This document shows positions 45,392 through 55,397 of a stretch of 64,000 bases of DNA, piece by piece. Under the pieces are notes generated by a model. It saw only the letters and a list, made by a program, of their open reading frames with translations, was not told where the DNA came from and did no database searches. Positions within the stretch are counted from its first letter, which is position 1; every line of letters starts with the position of its first letter. Made by a program: the position numbers and the translations under genes. The stretch is from Pseudomonadota bacterium (GTDB lineage Bacteria; Pseudomonadota; Alphaproteobacteria; Paracaedibacterales; CAITNM01), in the NCBI GenBank assembly GCA_018062345.1, contig JAGOSL010000007.1, forward strand, positions 1,598 through 65,597, in the 5' to 3' direction.

Positions 45392-45910
45392 TTACAATCT
45401 AGATACATGGATTATTCCTTTAGAATTATTCAGAATTGGCAACTCTATTTTTTTACGATAAATCTGATCTTCTTGCTGGCGAACCATTATAACATCAGAA
45501 CAGATCCTCTGCGTTGCTCCAACTTTGTAAAGAGCAAGCTCAAAAAACAAGACCTCCTCAGGTTTTAATATCAAATCTCGGTATATTTCAGGAGTAATTG
45601 TTGGGATAATTTTTAAACTTCTCCAGTCCTTTTTTGATTTCGCGCGTATAGCACCACCTTCACCAAGCCTCCATTCCATTTGAATGTTTTTAGGAATAAG
45701 AATATGTGTCTGGTCATCGATTAAATAAAAATCAGCTGGGACCCATTGCGCTAATGGACCATGAGATAAGCCTCCTCTTTGCTGCACCAGAGGTGCTATA
45801 CAAACACGCTGAGTTTCAAGACTTATTTGAGATAGCAACAATACGTCGTCATCAGCAGCATTCAAAAAGAGAAAGGACATTAGAATGTATAAAAAAGCAT
45901 TATGCAACAT
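45392..45910 (-). CDS. Hypothetical secreted protein
   Basis: 172-aa ORF with a hydrophobic N-terminus (AFLYILMSFLFLNAA). No recognisable motif. Confidence 0.5.
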   Translation of the reverse strand: MLHNAFLYILMSFLFLNAADDDVLLLSQISLETQRVCIAPLVQQRGGLSHGPLAQWVPADFYLIDDQTHILIPKNIQMEWRLGEGGAIRAKSKKDWRSLKIIPTITPEIYRDLILKPEEVLFFELALYKVGATQRICSDVIMVRQQEDQIYRKKIELPILNNSKGIIHVSRL

Positions 45911-45986
45911 ATAAAAACTTTAAATTTCAAAATTAAGCGTTAATGAGCAACACTATATGAGTTTTACAACTGAAATCCTAGTATTT

Positions 45987-46532
45987 TCAAATTTTAACTT
46001 CCAATACAGGAGCAATAACTTCACTAATTTTTATATCATGAGGCTCTGTTGGAAGATCATCAAACAATTGCCAGGAAAAAGCCAAGCTTACAGTACTGAG
46101 ATTATTAGCATTTAAATACTTATCGTAGTGGCCCTTCCCTCTTCCCAAGCGCTTACCGCGCAAAGTAAAAGCTAGGCCAGGCACTACTAAAAAATCAGGA
46201 TTAATAAGTAAGGCAGATTCGGGTGGCTCATAAATACCATGGTACCCTTTGACCAATGTATTACTTGATGAAACCTCGTAAAAATCCATTCGGTTATTAG
46301 TTATACGAGGATAAGCAATCTGGATTTTTTGCTTTTGGCATAGTTTAAAAATACTTGTTAAATCTACTTCACCTTCAATTGCTGCGTATAATCCTACACA
46401 GGTAGGTTGATGCTCTTTTAGTATTTGCCATAAGGCTTTTAATAAGTAGTCTTGCTGAACCACTTTTTGAGCTTCATCAACACGATGATTTTTTAAAAAA
46501 TTTCGCCATTCGGTTTTGTTCATTTTGACCAC
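45987..46532 (-). CDS. 5-formyltetrahydrofolate cyclo-ligase
   Basis: 181 aa with LVVPGLAFTLRGKRLGRGKGHYDKYL, characteristic of MTHFS. An alternative start is ATG 46523. Confidence 0.85.
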   Translation of the reverse strand: MVKMNKTEWRNFLKNHRVDEAQKVVQQDYLLKALWQILKEHQPTCVGLYAAIEGEVDLTSIFKLCQKQKIQIAYPRITNNRMDFYEVSSSNTLVKGYHGIYEPPESALLINPDFLVVPGLAFTLRGKRLGRGKGHYDKYLNANNLSTVSLAFSWQLFDDLPTEPHDIKISEVIAPVLEVKI

Positions 46533-46609
46533 TTTTAGCTATTTCTTGCTTGCATAACCTGCAGCAATTTGGTAATTATAACAGTAAATAGATATGTGAA
46601 AAATAAATT

Positions 46610-46780
46610 ATGGCAAAGAAGAGCGCAACTTTAAGTATTAAGCTTCTCAGCTCAGCAGATACTGGGTTTTTTTATGTAACAAAGAAAAATCCACGCAAAA
46701 AACCAGAAAAGCTAGAGTTTAAAAAGTATGATCCTGTAGTACGTAAACACGTAGTATTTCGCGAAGCAAAAATAAAATAG
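46610..46780 (+). CDS. rpmG: 50S ribosomal protein L33
   Basis: Hand-found (56 aa, below the ORF-track cutoff): [56 protein letters not shown]. The pattern STAGTG.FY.T.KN.R..P.KLE..KYDP..RKHV.F.E.K is L33. Confidence 0.9.
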   Translation: MAKKSATLSIKLLSSADTGFFYVTKKNPRKKPEKLEFKKYDPVVRKHVVFREAKIK

Positions 46781-46785
46781 CATTC

Positions 46786-48252
46786 ATGCTAATTTTTTAT
46801 CATTTTAAAAGGCTGATGAAATTTATTTTCATCAGCTCTATTTTTTCAAGCTCAGTATTTTGCAGCACTAATCCGAAGCTTTTGGCAAAATTACAGCCGT
46901 ATGTAGTCAGCATAAAATCACGCAGCATTGTTGCAGCCTACGGAGATGTTTCACCATCTGCTGGAACTGGGTTTATTGTTGACGTAAAAAATGGCTATAT
47001 ATTTTCCAATGCGCACGTAGCTGCGGGAAACAAAGTTATTCCAGAATATCTTGCCACCCTTTCTTCAGGAAAAGAAATTGTTATAAAACTTATTTACAGC
47101 GACCCAGCAGCTGACATTGCTGTATTTCAAGGAAGCCCAAACGAGATTGACATTAAGAATGATCTACCTTTATCCAGTGATCCTGTGCGTGTAGGCACTA
47201 ACGTTCTTATTATTGGGAAAAATGAAAATCGCCATTTTTCTACCCAAACAGGAATTGTTGCAAATCCAAATGAAATCGAAGGACACCTTCCTCAACATGC
47301 CATGCGTATTAGTCTTAATATGCAAGGTGGCGGAAGTGGTTCAATGGTTTATGATGTATCATCCGGTAAGGTAATTGGGGTTATCTTTGCGTCTAATATG
47401 GCAACTAGTGCTTTTGCACTTCCTATAACTTATGGCGTAGATATTTTAAGAGCCCTCAAAGCAGGAGAAGAGCCAAAAAGATTTGGTTTAGGCGCGATTC
47501 TTGGATATTGCTCTTTAGATGACTTGATTAAGTACTACAACCTGCCTAAAGACATCGCAGAAGATTATGCAAAAAAATACCCAGAAGCCTTCCATCGCGT
47601 GTTAAAAGTGCAAAGTATTTTACCAGACAGCCCTGCCGAAGAAAAATTAGAAGCAGGCGATTGCATTTTAGAAGTTAATGGGCAGGAAATCGGACCGAAC
47701 CTTTACAAGCTAGACAAAATAATAAATGAACTTGGCGCAACTGGTAAAACGGTTGAATTAACAATTGTGAGATATGGTCAAAAAATAAAAGTATCTATTG
47801 TTCCTTACTGCATGAACGATCATCAAATAAATAGAATGATCGTATTTGGGGGCGCTACATTTTTTGAAGCTGATGACGTTATGATTCGTCGCACAGGGTT
47901 AAAAGGAAAAAACCGCGTACTTATTACCAATACACGCTTAGGCAGTAGTTTTCTTGAAAAATTACCAATGTTTCCTGGATCGAACCAAGCAATGATTTGC
48001 GTTGAAAAGCTAGGAGCTTATGACATTTTCACGCTTGATGATGTTGTTAAGGCAATTCCTTCATTACTTAAGAATGGCCGTTTTACAATTGCTTTTCGCA
48101 ATTACGGTATAAAAATTGGCTATGATGAGAAGGTTATTTTCAACCAGGGGCGTCTACTGGAAGAAATTAATGTTTACGAACACGACGGCGAAGCTGAAGA
48201 GTTTCGTTTTGATAAAACTTCTCATGAATGGTCAGTCAATAAAATTTCATGA
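46786..48252 (+). CDS. Secreted trypsin-fold (S1C/HtrA-related) serine protease with PDZ-like domain
   Basis: 488 aa with a signal peptide. Triad contexts are SNAHV, DIAVF and GGGSGSMV. A PDZ-like GDCILEVNGQEI follows. The segment TSAFALPITYGVDILRAL resembles the Nma111-type HtrA branch. Confidence 0.75.
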   Translation: MLIFYHFKRLMKFIFISSIFSSSVFCSTNPKLLAKLQPYVVSIKSRSIVAAYGDVSPSAGTGFIVDVKNGYIFSNAHVAAGNKVIPEYLATLSSGKEIVIKLIYSDPAADIAVFQGSPNEIDIKNDLPLSSDPVRVGTNVLIIGKNENRHFSTQTGIVANPNEIEGHLPQHAMRISLNMQGGGSGSMVYDVSSGKVIGVIFASNMATSAFALPITYGVDILRALKAGEEPKRFGLGAILGYCSLDDLIKYYNLPKDIAEDYAKKYPEAFHRVLKVQSILPDSPAEEKLEAGDCILEVNGQEIGPNLYKLDKIINELGATGKTVELTIVRYGQKIKVSIVPYCMNDHQINRMIVFGGATFFEADDVMIRRTGLKGKNRVLITNTRLGSSFLEKLPMFPGSNQAMICVEKLGAYDIFTLDDVVKAIPSLLKNGRFTIAFRNYGIKIGYDEKVIFNQGRLLEEINVYEHDGEAEEFRFDKTSHEWSVNKIS

Positions 48253-48272
48253 AGATTCTTTCGGTATTTTAA

Positions 48273-48821
48273 TTATTTAAGAGCACATAAAAACGTGATT
48301 TGACATTGCCCATAGATACGTGGGGGATGAGTTACAAAACCTGCGCACTCAGGTATTTTTGCTCCTTTACGCTGCTCTATTATTACAAACCCCTCTGGCG
48401 CTATAAGTTTTTGCTTGTCTAGATATTGTATTGCTTTTATTTCAAGCTCTTTATCGTAAGGAGGGTCGAGAAAAATCAAGTTGAACGGTTGATTGCAGAG
48501 CAACCCAAAAATATCTGGAACACAGCTAACTTGATTAATAATAGATGGACCTATACTTAAAATGTTATCTTCTAGCACGCCTCTAGCCAGAGGATTATTT
48601 TCGCAAAAAGTCACCTGAGCGGCACCACGAGAAATAGCTTCTAACCCTAGAGCACCAGAACCTGCGAATGCATCTAGCACACGCAGATTTTGTAATGAGA
48701 CCAAATTTCCAAGAATATTAAAAATAGCCTGACGCAGCTTATTAGAAGAAGGCCTAACGATAGTTGGTGGAGGAAGTTTTAAGCGTTTCCCTTTAAATTT
48801 ACCTGCACAAATGCGCAGCAT
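48273..48821 (-). CDS. rsmD: 16S rRNA (guanine966-N2)-methyltransferase
   Basis: 182 aa with RPSSNKLRQAIFNIL, DAFAGSGALGLEAISRGA and FLDPPY. Confidence 0.88.
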   Translation of the reverse strand: MLRICAGKFKGKRLKLPPPTIVRPSSNKLRQAIFNILGNLVSLQNLRVLDAFAGSGALGLEAISRGAAQVTFCENNPLARGVLEDNILSIGPSIINQVSCVPDIFGLLCNQPFNLIFLDPPYDKELEIKAIQYLDKQKLIAPEGFVIIEQRKGAKIPECAGFVTHPPRIYGQCQITFLCALK

Positions 48822-49048
48822 TATAGACCATATTCGTTAAGCTTTTTATGAAGGGTATTTCGGTTAATCCCTAAAACTCTTGCGGCTTTTGCCTTGTTGC
48901 CTTTTACAGCGCAGAGCGTTTGCTTTAGCAAGGGACGCTCTACTTCATGCAAAACGATGTTATACAAGCTAGAGTCAGTAATATGATCACCTTGCGTTGT
49001 GAAATACTCTTCTACCATTTTTTCAATAACAGCTGCAATTCCAGTCAT
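48821..49048 (-). CDS. Fis-family small HTH DNA-binding protein
   Basis: 75 aa with C-terminal HTH_8 GNKAKAARVLGINRNTLHKKLNEYGL. It lies immediately downstream of dusB, as in the dusB-fis arrangement. Confidence 0.8.
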   Translation of the reverse strand: MTGIAAVIEKMVEEYFTTQGDHITDSSLYNIVLHEVERPLLKQTLCAVKGNKAKAARVLGINRNTLHKKLNEYGL

Positions 49049-49051
49049 AAT

Positions 49052-50044
49052 TTATACAGATTCAATTCGTTGGTTATAAAAAGTTTGAACAAGTTCACGC
49101 ATCTTTATCGGACATTCTGTTTGGTTAACGAGTACTCGATACTCAGCGGAATCTTTGAGCCCCTTACTGTACCACCCTAGATGTTTGCGAGCAATCTTAA
49201 CACCGCCTTCGATTCCATAAAGTTGCAAAATATCCTCAAAATGCTCAAGCACAATGTCAAGCTGCTGTTGTATTGAAGGATCTTCACTCATTTTTCCCCC
49301 CGACACATAATCATAGGCCTGTTTGATAAACCATGGACGCCCATAAGCTCCACGACCAATCATCACACCATCAGCGCCACTTTGTTCTAAAAGATTTTTA
49401 GCATCTTGCACAGTCACTACATCGCCATTACCAATCACAGGAAGTTTCACAGCCTCTTTTACAGACCGAATAAATTTCCAATCAGAACGACCATTATAAA
49501 GCTGGCAACGCGTGCGTCCGTGAACGGTAATCATTTGAATACCTAAGTCTTCGGCAATTTTTGCAAGCTTTGGTGCATTGCGAGTATTATCATCCCACCC
49601 GGTACGCATTTTAAGGGTAACAGGAACCTTAACAGCTTTGACAGTGGCTTCAATAATCCTTGCCGCCAATTTTTCGTCGCGCATCAAAGCAGAACCTGCG
49701 TGTCCGTTAACAACCTTTTTAACAGGACATCCCATATTAATATCGATAATTTTAGCTCCTAAATCTTCATTAAGTCTTGCTGCTTCGGCCATAACTTCCG
49801 GCTCACATCCAGCAAGCTGCACAACCATAGGTTCTTCGCCATGAGCTTGTACCATACGCATACTAGCGCGCGTCAATCGAATCATTGCTTGGCTTGCTAT
49901 CATTTCCGAGACAACAAGCCCTGCCCCCATACGTTTAACAAGACTTCTAAATGCCCTATCACTAACACCTGTCATGGGAGCTAGAAAAACATTCATGTCA
50001 AGGCAAACAGGGCCAATATTAATATTTTTGTGCATGAGGTACAA
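49052..50044 (-). CDS. dusB: tRNA-dihydrouridine synthase B (NifR3 family)
   Basis: 330 aa with LAPMTGVSDRAFR, DINMGCP and TVHGRTR. Confidence 0.92.
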   Translation of the reverse strand: MYLMHKNINIGPVCLDMNVFLAPMTGVSDRAFRSLVKRMGAGLVVSEMIASQAMIRLTRASMRMVQAHGEEPMVVQLAGCEPEVMAEAARLNEDLGAKIIDINMGCPVKKVVNGHAGSALMRDEKLAARIIEATVKAVKVPVTLKMRTGWDDNTRNAPKLAKIAEDLGIQMITVHGRTRCQLYNGRSDWKFIRSVKEAVKLPVIGNGDVVTVQDAKNLLEQSGADGVMIGRGAYGRPWFIKQAYDYVSGGKMSEDPSIQQQLDIVLEHFEDILQLYGIEGGVKIARKHLGWYSKGLKDSAEYRVLVNQTECPIKMRELVQTFYNQRIESV

Positions 50045-50052
50045 ACTAAGCT

Positions 50053-50075
50053 AAAAGTGCTTAAAAAACAAGCAC
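50053..50075 (-). terminator. Possible intrinsic terminator downstream of the MFS gene
   Basis: On the minus strand it reads GTGCTT-gtttttt-AAGCAC followed by TTTT. The stem is short (6 bp) and it sits close to the dusB start. Confidence 0.3.
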
Positions 50076-50159
50076 AAAATGAGAGGTTAGGACTTATGCA
50101 AATAATATTCACCGAATTTCCACGCCTGCCTAAGCAGACTTAGGACAAAGAACTTAAAA

Positions 50160-51485
50160 TTATACTTGGCCTTCTAGTTTTTCAAAGTAACGAACACCCC
50201 AAAGAAATCCTAAATTAACGGGAATCATAATAATCCATAGACCATAGTAACCAAAGCAGTCGGTTAGAAACACCAAACTAAACGACGTAATAACATAAGT
50301 AAGAGCCCTACTTGAAGCATAAACGAAGCTAGCTGTAGTAAAGCGTTTTAAGATAGGAATATGTTTTAAGAAAAGCGAATACCCGGGAACCAAGGACATT
50401 GCTGTAATAATTAAAACGGCTTGTAACAAAAAAATATGAATATAGCTGCTTGAGCTTGTGATACATAATGGTAGTAGTATCATAACAGCCAAGCTAGCTT
50501 TGCCTTTTACATTTACTATCTTTAAAGGGTTAATTCTATAACTAAGAATAGCAAGCGCGATGATGACGACAAGTGAAATTATTGACAATAAAAAATTATG
50601 AAAAATTACATCTTCTGACGTGTAACCATAATCGATCTTTAGGGTTTGGTTAAAATACATGTACGTTAAATAAAATGAAAGGGGCCAACCTGGTGTAGCT
50701 GCAATATAAGCCCAAAACGTTTTTCTATCCATTTTTTCATGATTAATAAGTTTTTGAGTTTTAATCGCTCCCAATATCTTACCTGTATTTCCTTTATTTT
50801 GCGCTTCTAGCATTTCTCTTACTTTCTGTCTTTTTCGAAGAAATTCTGGTGTTTCTCGGAGGCGCGTTCTAGCGACAGAACCCACAACAGCAATGGCAGC
50901 TCCTATCCAAAAGGCATTACGCCAATTAAAACCAAAATGAGTAACTAAGGATGCAACACCCAAAGCAAAAGCTGCACCAAATTGCGAGGCAACGGCAACG
51001 CAAGAAACCATGGGATACTGAGCTGGAGGTTTTACTAGCTCCGTGGTGTATACTTCAGCTCCTATAATCTCTCCCATAGAAGAAAGGCCCTGAGCGATAC
51101 GACATCCAGTAACAAGCCAAGCAGCTGCTATCCCTATCTGCGAATAGGTCGGCAAAGTGGCCATAATAATACAACTTAAAGCCATCATCATTGTGGTAAG
51201 GATAACTGTGGGTTTTCGCCCGATATGATCGCCTATGTATCCAAAAAGCAATGCACCAAAAGGTCTTAAAACATAGGTAGAGCAAAAAGCAAATGCCATT
51301 AATAAGGAAGCGGTGTGAGGATCAGTTTTGGGAAAAAATAGCTCATTCAGCAGCACTGCCATATGCACGTAGAGCATAAGATCAAAATATTCGAGGAAAG
51401 TGCCAATTTGAAGAAGTCCAACTGCTTCTTTTTGTTGTCTACTTAAAGAAGAAAAAATACTCATGGAAAACCAAAATTGCTCCAA
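50160..51485 (-). CDS. MHS-family MFS transporter (ProP-like osmolyte/metabolite:H+ symporter)
   Basis: 441 aa with 12 TM segments. The N-terminal GTFLEYFDLMLY matches the MHS (ProP/KgtP) E.YD. motif. Confidence 0.8.
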   Translation of the reverse strand: MEQFWFSMSIFSSLSRQQKEAVGLLQIGTFLEYFDLMLYVHMAVLLNELFFPKTDPHTASLLMAFAFCSTYVLRPFGALLFGYIGDHIGRKPTVILTTMMMALSCIIMATLPTYSQIGIAAAWLVTGCRIAQGLSSMGEIIGAEVYTTELVKPPAQYPMVSCVAVASQFGAAFALGVASLVTHFGFNWRNAFWIGAAIAVVGSVARTRLRETPEFLRKRQKVREMLEAQNKGNTGKILGAIKTQKLINHEKMDRKTFWAYIAATPGWPLSFYLTYMYFNQTLKIDYGYTSEDVIFHNFLLSIISLVVIIALAILSYRINPLKIVNVKGKASLAVMILLPLCITSSSSYIHIFLLQAVLIITAMSLVPGYSLFLKHIPILKRFTTASFVYASSRALTYVITSFSLVFLTDCFGYYGLWIIMIPVNLGFLWGVRYFEKLEGQV

Positions 51486-51724
51486 CGAGGTTATTTACAC
51501 CTATTTACAAGAATTAATCAAGGCAGGAATTTATTTAATTGTGTCTGTACAAGATGAGTAAAATTATATTGCTGTGTACTCTTTGTTGTTGGAGTTCTTG
51601 CACACTAATTATATCATATAACGAAAGAACATTTGAAAAGCCAAAATTAAAAGCAGGAGCGATTTTTTAAGCACATTACTTATGTCTTTCCGACAAGCTT
51701 TTAATAACACGGATATATTTGAAA

Positions 51725-51745
51725 GCACCATTTGTCAAATGGTGC
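51725..51745. terminator. 21-nt perfect palindrome after the PAP2 gene (terminator, or operator upstream of the MFS gene)
   Basis: GCACCATTTG-T-CAAATGGTGC lies 7 nt downstream of the PAP2 stop. On the minus strand it is followed by TTTCAAAT. It also lies in the 266-bp region upstream of the MFS gene. Confidence 0.45.
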
Positions 51746-51751
51746 CTTACA

Positions 51752-52270
51752 CTATTTATCGCTATTAGTTTTTTTCTGAGTTTTGTTTTGGTCAAATGTT
51801 GTTGTAAACACATAACTTGAAAGCCCCCCAATTACAGCTCCTCCAATAACATCAGCCCAATCATGACGTTTAGCCTGAACCCTTGAATATCCTACATATG
51901 ATGCTACTCCTACGGCTGGCACTCCGTACGCGCAACCATAACGCATCCCAAGGAAGGAAGCACCGCTAAATGCTAAACTTGTATGCCCTGAAGGGAAGGA
52001 ATATTTTCCACCACGAGGTCGCTTTTTATTTACAGCAAGTTTTAATCCCCAGGTAACCGCAGTTGATGCTGCGACGCTATAAAAAAGTTGTTTCATTCCC
52101 TCAGTATCATCCTTACTAAAGGCAACAATCAAAGCAGAAACAGGAATCGTTATTTGTAAAACGTCACCTGCTGTTTCAGATTTTGTATGCTTTCTAGCAT
52201 AAAGCTGTGAAAAGCCTATACCACTTATAATCAGCGCCACTAGAGCAAATTTTATTTTTAATGAATACAT
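51752..52270 (-). CDS. PAP2-family membrane phosphatase
   Basis: 172 aa with KRPRGG, FPSGHTS and SRVQAKRHDWADV, which are the three PAP2 motifs K..RP / PSGH / SR...H...D. Confidence 0.85.
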   Translation of the reverse strand: MYSLKIKFALVALIISGIGFSQLYARKHTKSETAGDVLQITIPVSALIVAFSKDDTEGMKQLFYSVAASTAVTWGLKLAVNKKRPRGGKYSFPSGHTSLAFSGASFLGMRYGCAYGVPAVGVASYVGYSRVQAKRHDWADVIGGAVIGGLSSYVFTTTFDQNKTQKKTNSDK

Positions 52271-52428
52271 TTGAAGATGAATATGAATATAACTGGTGGA
52301 CTATATCAAAAGATGATAAAAATTGCGATATAAAAAATACGCATATTTTGGTAGGTTGAATTTTAACAAATTTTTAACCATTTGCTTTCTAAGGTGAAGC
52401 TATAGAAACGAAAAAGAAATTTAAAATT

Positions 52429-53205
52429 ATGCACAAAGGTATATCAGATAATGAATGGAAGACCAGGCTAGAACTTACTGCTGCCTATCATTTAGCAGGA
52501 AAATTCGGCTGGACAGATTTAATTTATACGCATTTTACAGCTAGTATTCCTGATGAGCCCGGATGTTTTTTGATCAACCCTTTTGGTTTGCATTTCCATG
52601 AAGTAACACCGACTAACCTAATTAAAGTAAGTTTTGATGGTGAAATTTTAAGTGATACTGACTATGATATTAATCCGACAAGCATGGTAATTCATGGCGC
52701 CATTCACAGGGCTAGGCCTGATATAGCATGTATTATACATCTACACACAACTAACGGTGTCGCTGTTAGCTCAGTAATGGATGGTCTACTTCCACTTTCA
52801 CAACATGCACTACACTTATTCGGGGATATTGCTTACCATGATTACGAAGGTATTGCGATGGATGAGGACGAGAAAGTAACTATCACCAATGATTTGGGTG
52901 AAAAAAAAGTTTTGCTTTTACGCAATCATGGAACCTTGACCGCTGGCGCGAGCATTGCAGAAGCATTCATGCTGATGTATATGCTAGAAAAAGCAGCAGA
53001 AATTCAGGTTAAAACACTTGCACAAGGATTGCCAATATGCACCATACCCACAGAGGTGTGCGTAAGAGCCCATGAGCAAGCGCTTGAAAAACGTAACGAG
53101 CATTTAAAATTAGAATGGACAGCACTTTTAAGGCTACTTGATACTCCTTATGTCAGGCCGCTTTTAAACAGCAGCTACACTAGCCCCCTTTTAAATGCAG
53201 CTTAA
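52429..53205 (+). CDS. Class II aldolase/adducin-family protein
   Basis: 258 aa with VIHGAIHRARPDIACIIHLHT and LLRNHGTLT motifs. Confidence 0.82.
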   Translation: MHKGISDNEWKTRLELTAAYHLAGKFGWTDLIYTHFTASIPDEPGCFLINPFGLHFHEVTPTNLIKVSFDGEILSDTDYDINPTSMVIHGAIHRARPDIACIIHLHTTNGVAVSSVMDGLLPLSQHALHLFGDIAYHDYEGIAMDEDEKVTITNDLGEKKVLLLRNHGTLTAGASIAEAFMLMYMLEKAAEIQVKTLAQGLPICTIPTEVCVRAHEQALEKRNEHLKLEWTALLRLLDTPYVRPLLNSSYTSPLLNAA

Positions 53206-53288
53206 TTGTAAAATTTTTATTTTATTAACAGTATTTTAACGTCCTAGCGCTACTATTAAAATTATTTGAAATTTGTAACGAAACCAAT

Positions 53289-53537
53289 ATGAAAAAAGTA
53301 ATAATGACTGTTATTTTTGCAGCACTTGTTAGCACAACTGCTAGCGCAGCAGCTGGAAAGGCACCTAGCACGATGGATAAAATCAAGCAACAAGCAGCAG
53401 CTGCTAGCCAAAGCATGAGCAAAGCGGCAAATTCTTCTGCTGGAAATATGGGGAAATCTGCACTTAACAGTTTAAAAGGCCTTAGAAAAAGCGCAAGTAA
53501 TGCTGTAAGTAATCTTCACAAGAAAAAAGTAGATTAA
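53289..53537 (+). CDS. Small Ala/Ser-rich secreted protein
   Basis: 82 aa with signal peptide MKKVIMTVIFAALVSTTASAAA followed by low-complexity sequence. The antisense ORF 53225..53422 is its shadow. Confidence 0.5.
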   Translation: MKKVIMTVIFAALVSTTASAAAGKAPSTMDKIKQQAAAASQSMSKAANSSAGNMGKSALNSLKGLRKSASNAVSNLHKKKVD

Positions 53538-53577
53538 TAAATTTTGGAAAAACCTGGGGGCAACAATATATTTGCCC

Positions 53578-54474
53578 TTAGGTAGCTTTTCCTTTGCGAT
53601 TAGCATTTATGTGTTTGATAGTTTCAGGGGTCACCTTTAAAAAATATCGATCAGGTGTACGTAAATCTACTTCTTGAATATTACTGGCTGCTAAGCGCTG
53701 CTCTCTCAAGAGTTTTTCCAACACACTTAATCCCTGATTGATAGAATGATCTGACAGCTTAACAAGTATTCCGCCCACCAGGTAAAGATTCCATCTTCTT
53801 TCACGCACTCTAGACAATGCTTGAAGATTTTTCTGCACACAAGGATAGCTCATAAGTGTCTTTAGAATTTCCGGAGATTTTTGAGGAGCTCCCTCCCCTA
53901 CAACTAACGGCAAAACACCATAGTGGCGATGGTTTTTAGTTAAAATCGCAGTGCCATCTGTATCTACTAAATTGAATTGCCCTTGATGCTGCCATATTGC
54001 TATGGGATGACGCTCTTCAATTTTTATATGAATAATATCAGGCAAACTACGCACAACTGTTGCTTGACGAACCCATTCTAGTTTCTCGAGTTTAAACCTT
54101 GCCTGTTGAACATCAATAGAAAAAATGGGATCACCACGCTTTATATTAAGTACTTTCAATAGATCTTGTTGATGAGTGTTTGTTCTTCCTTGCACAATAA
54201 TTTCTTGAACTTTAAATCCAAGCGAAGTCGAAAGTCTGCTGATTTTTTCTATAGTTTCAAGATAGAGCTGGTGTGGATATCCTTGAATCCATAAAATAGC
54301 AATAACAATAATTGCTGCAAGCGCTATAAAAATACGACTGTAGTCTGCATATACTCGAATAGTTCGAGCATTCTTCTTTTTATTTACTTTTCTTGTACTT
54401 GTAGCTTTCTGTGATTCACTTTTGAAGTTTCTCACCGAAGATGTACGCTTTTTATCTTCTTTGCTTAATCGCAT
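53578..54474 (-). CDS. ftsQ: Cell division protein FtsQ
   Basis: 298 aa with a basic N-terminus, a single TM (IFIALAAIIVIAILWI) and a POTRA/FtsQ-type periplasmic domain. It overlaps the ddl stop, the classical ddl-ftsQ order. Confidence 0.85.
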   Translation of the reverse strand: MRLSKEDKKRTSSVRNFKSESQKATSTRKVNKKKNARTIRVYADYSRIFIALAAIIVIAILWIQGYPHQLYLETIEKISRLSTSLGFKVQEIIVQGRTNTHQQDLLKVLNIKRGDPIFSIDVQQARFKLEKLEWVRQATVVRSLPDIIHIKIEERHPIAIWQHQGQFNLVDTDGTAILTKNHRHYGVLPLVVGEGAPQKSPEILKTLMSYPCVQKNLQALSRVRERRWNLYLVGGILVKLSDHSINQGLSVLEKLLREQRLAASNIQEVDLRTPDRYFLKVTPETIKHINANRKGKAT

Positions 54475-55379
54475 TTAGCACTTTCTACCATTTTGCCCAC
54501 AAGCTCAGTAAATGAGATGTTCTGACTTTTAGCAATTTGTGGAGCTAGAGAAGTTGACGTGAAACCAGGTTGAGTATTAATTTCTAACACATAAAAAAGT
54601 TTGCCATCGAACATCATATCAATTCTTGCAAGCCCCCTGCAGTCTAAAGCCTGATAGGTTTTTAGTGCCGTAGTCTTTGCAAGATCTTCCATCTCTTTAT
54701 CAATGTTAGCTGGACAGGTGAAGCGTGCCTCCCCTGGTAGATATTTTGCTTGATAACTAAATATTAAAAAATTTTCCTTAGGAGATATTTCAATAGTTCC
54801 CAAAGCCACACCGTTCAAAACCGCTACGTGAATTTCTCTGAGTTTTAAATATTCTTGGACAATGCACTCATCACCAAAAATCCAACTTTTTTTTAGATCG
54901 CCCCATTCTTCGGTTGATGCAATTACGTAAATGCCGACACTAGAACCTTCATTGATGGGTTTTACTATACAAGGAAAGGGAAGAGGGCATACATTACTTT
55001 GCTTAATATTAATTTTTTGCGTTTGAGGGGTTGGAATACCATTTTTTTTAAAAATTTCATAAGACTTCCATTTATCCATAGCATCGGCAGATGCGGTAAC
55101 TCCGGAGTGCGTATAAGGAATTTTTAAATCATTTAAAATTGCTTGAACCGTACCATCTTCACCAACTGGACCATGCAAGCAGTTAAAAACAGTGTCAGGA
55201 TTGAGAGTTTTTAGCTGACTAACCAGATCATTCATATCGCTGGGTAAATCAATCTTTGAAGTAATAAACCCTAGCTCTTTAAGTGCATCGATGGTTGCTT
55301 TCCCGGAATTCAGAGAAACTTCTCTTTCTTTGCCGCAACCACCAAGTAAAACTGTAATTTTTTTCATGATAATACACAC
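54465..55379 (-). CDS. ddl: D-alanine--D-alanine ligase
   Basis: 304 aa with LLGGCGKEREVSLNSG, HGPVGEDGTVQ, VKPINEGSSVG and EINTQPG. The likely start is ATG 55367 (MKKITV). Confidence 0.92.
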   Translation of the reverse strand: MCIIMKKITVLLGGCGKEREVSLNSGKATIDALKELGFITSKIDLPSDMNDLVSQLKTLNPDTVFNCLHGPVGEDGTVQAILNDLKIPYTHSGVTASADAMDKWKSYEIFKKNGIPTPQTQKINIKQSNVCPLPFPCIVKPINEGSSVGIYVIASTEEWGDLKKSWIFGDECIVQEYLKLREIHVAVLNGVALGTIEISPKENFLIFSYQAKYLPGEARFTCPANIDKEMEDLAKTTALKTYQALDCRGLARIDMMFDGKLFYVLEINTQPGFTSTSLAPQIAKSQNISFTELVGKMVESAKCD

Positions 55380-55397
55380 AACACAATTGCGCTTATA

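Noticed and set aside
51554-51670. 38-codon Cys-rich ORF (MSKIILLCTLCCWSSC...) upstream of the MFS gene, considered as a lipoprotein.
   Set aside because: It has no proper lipobox at the right spacing, no SD and no recognisable family.
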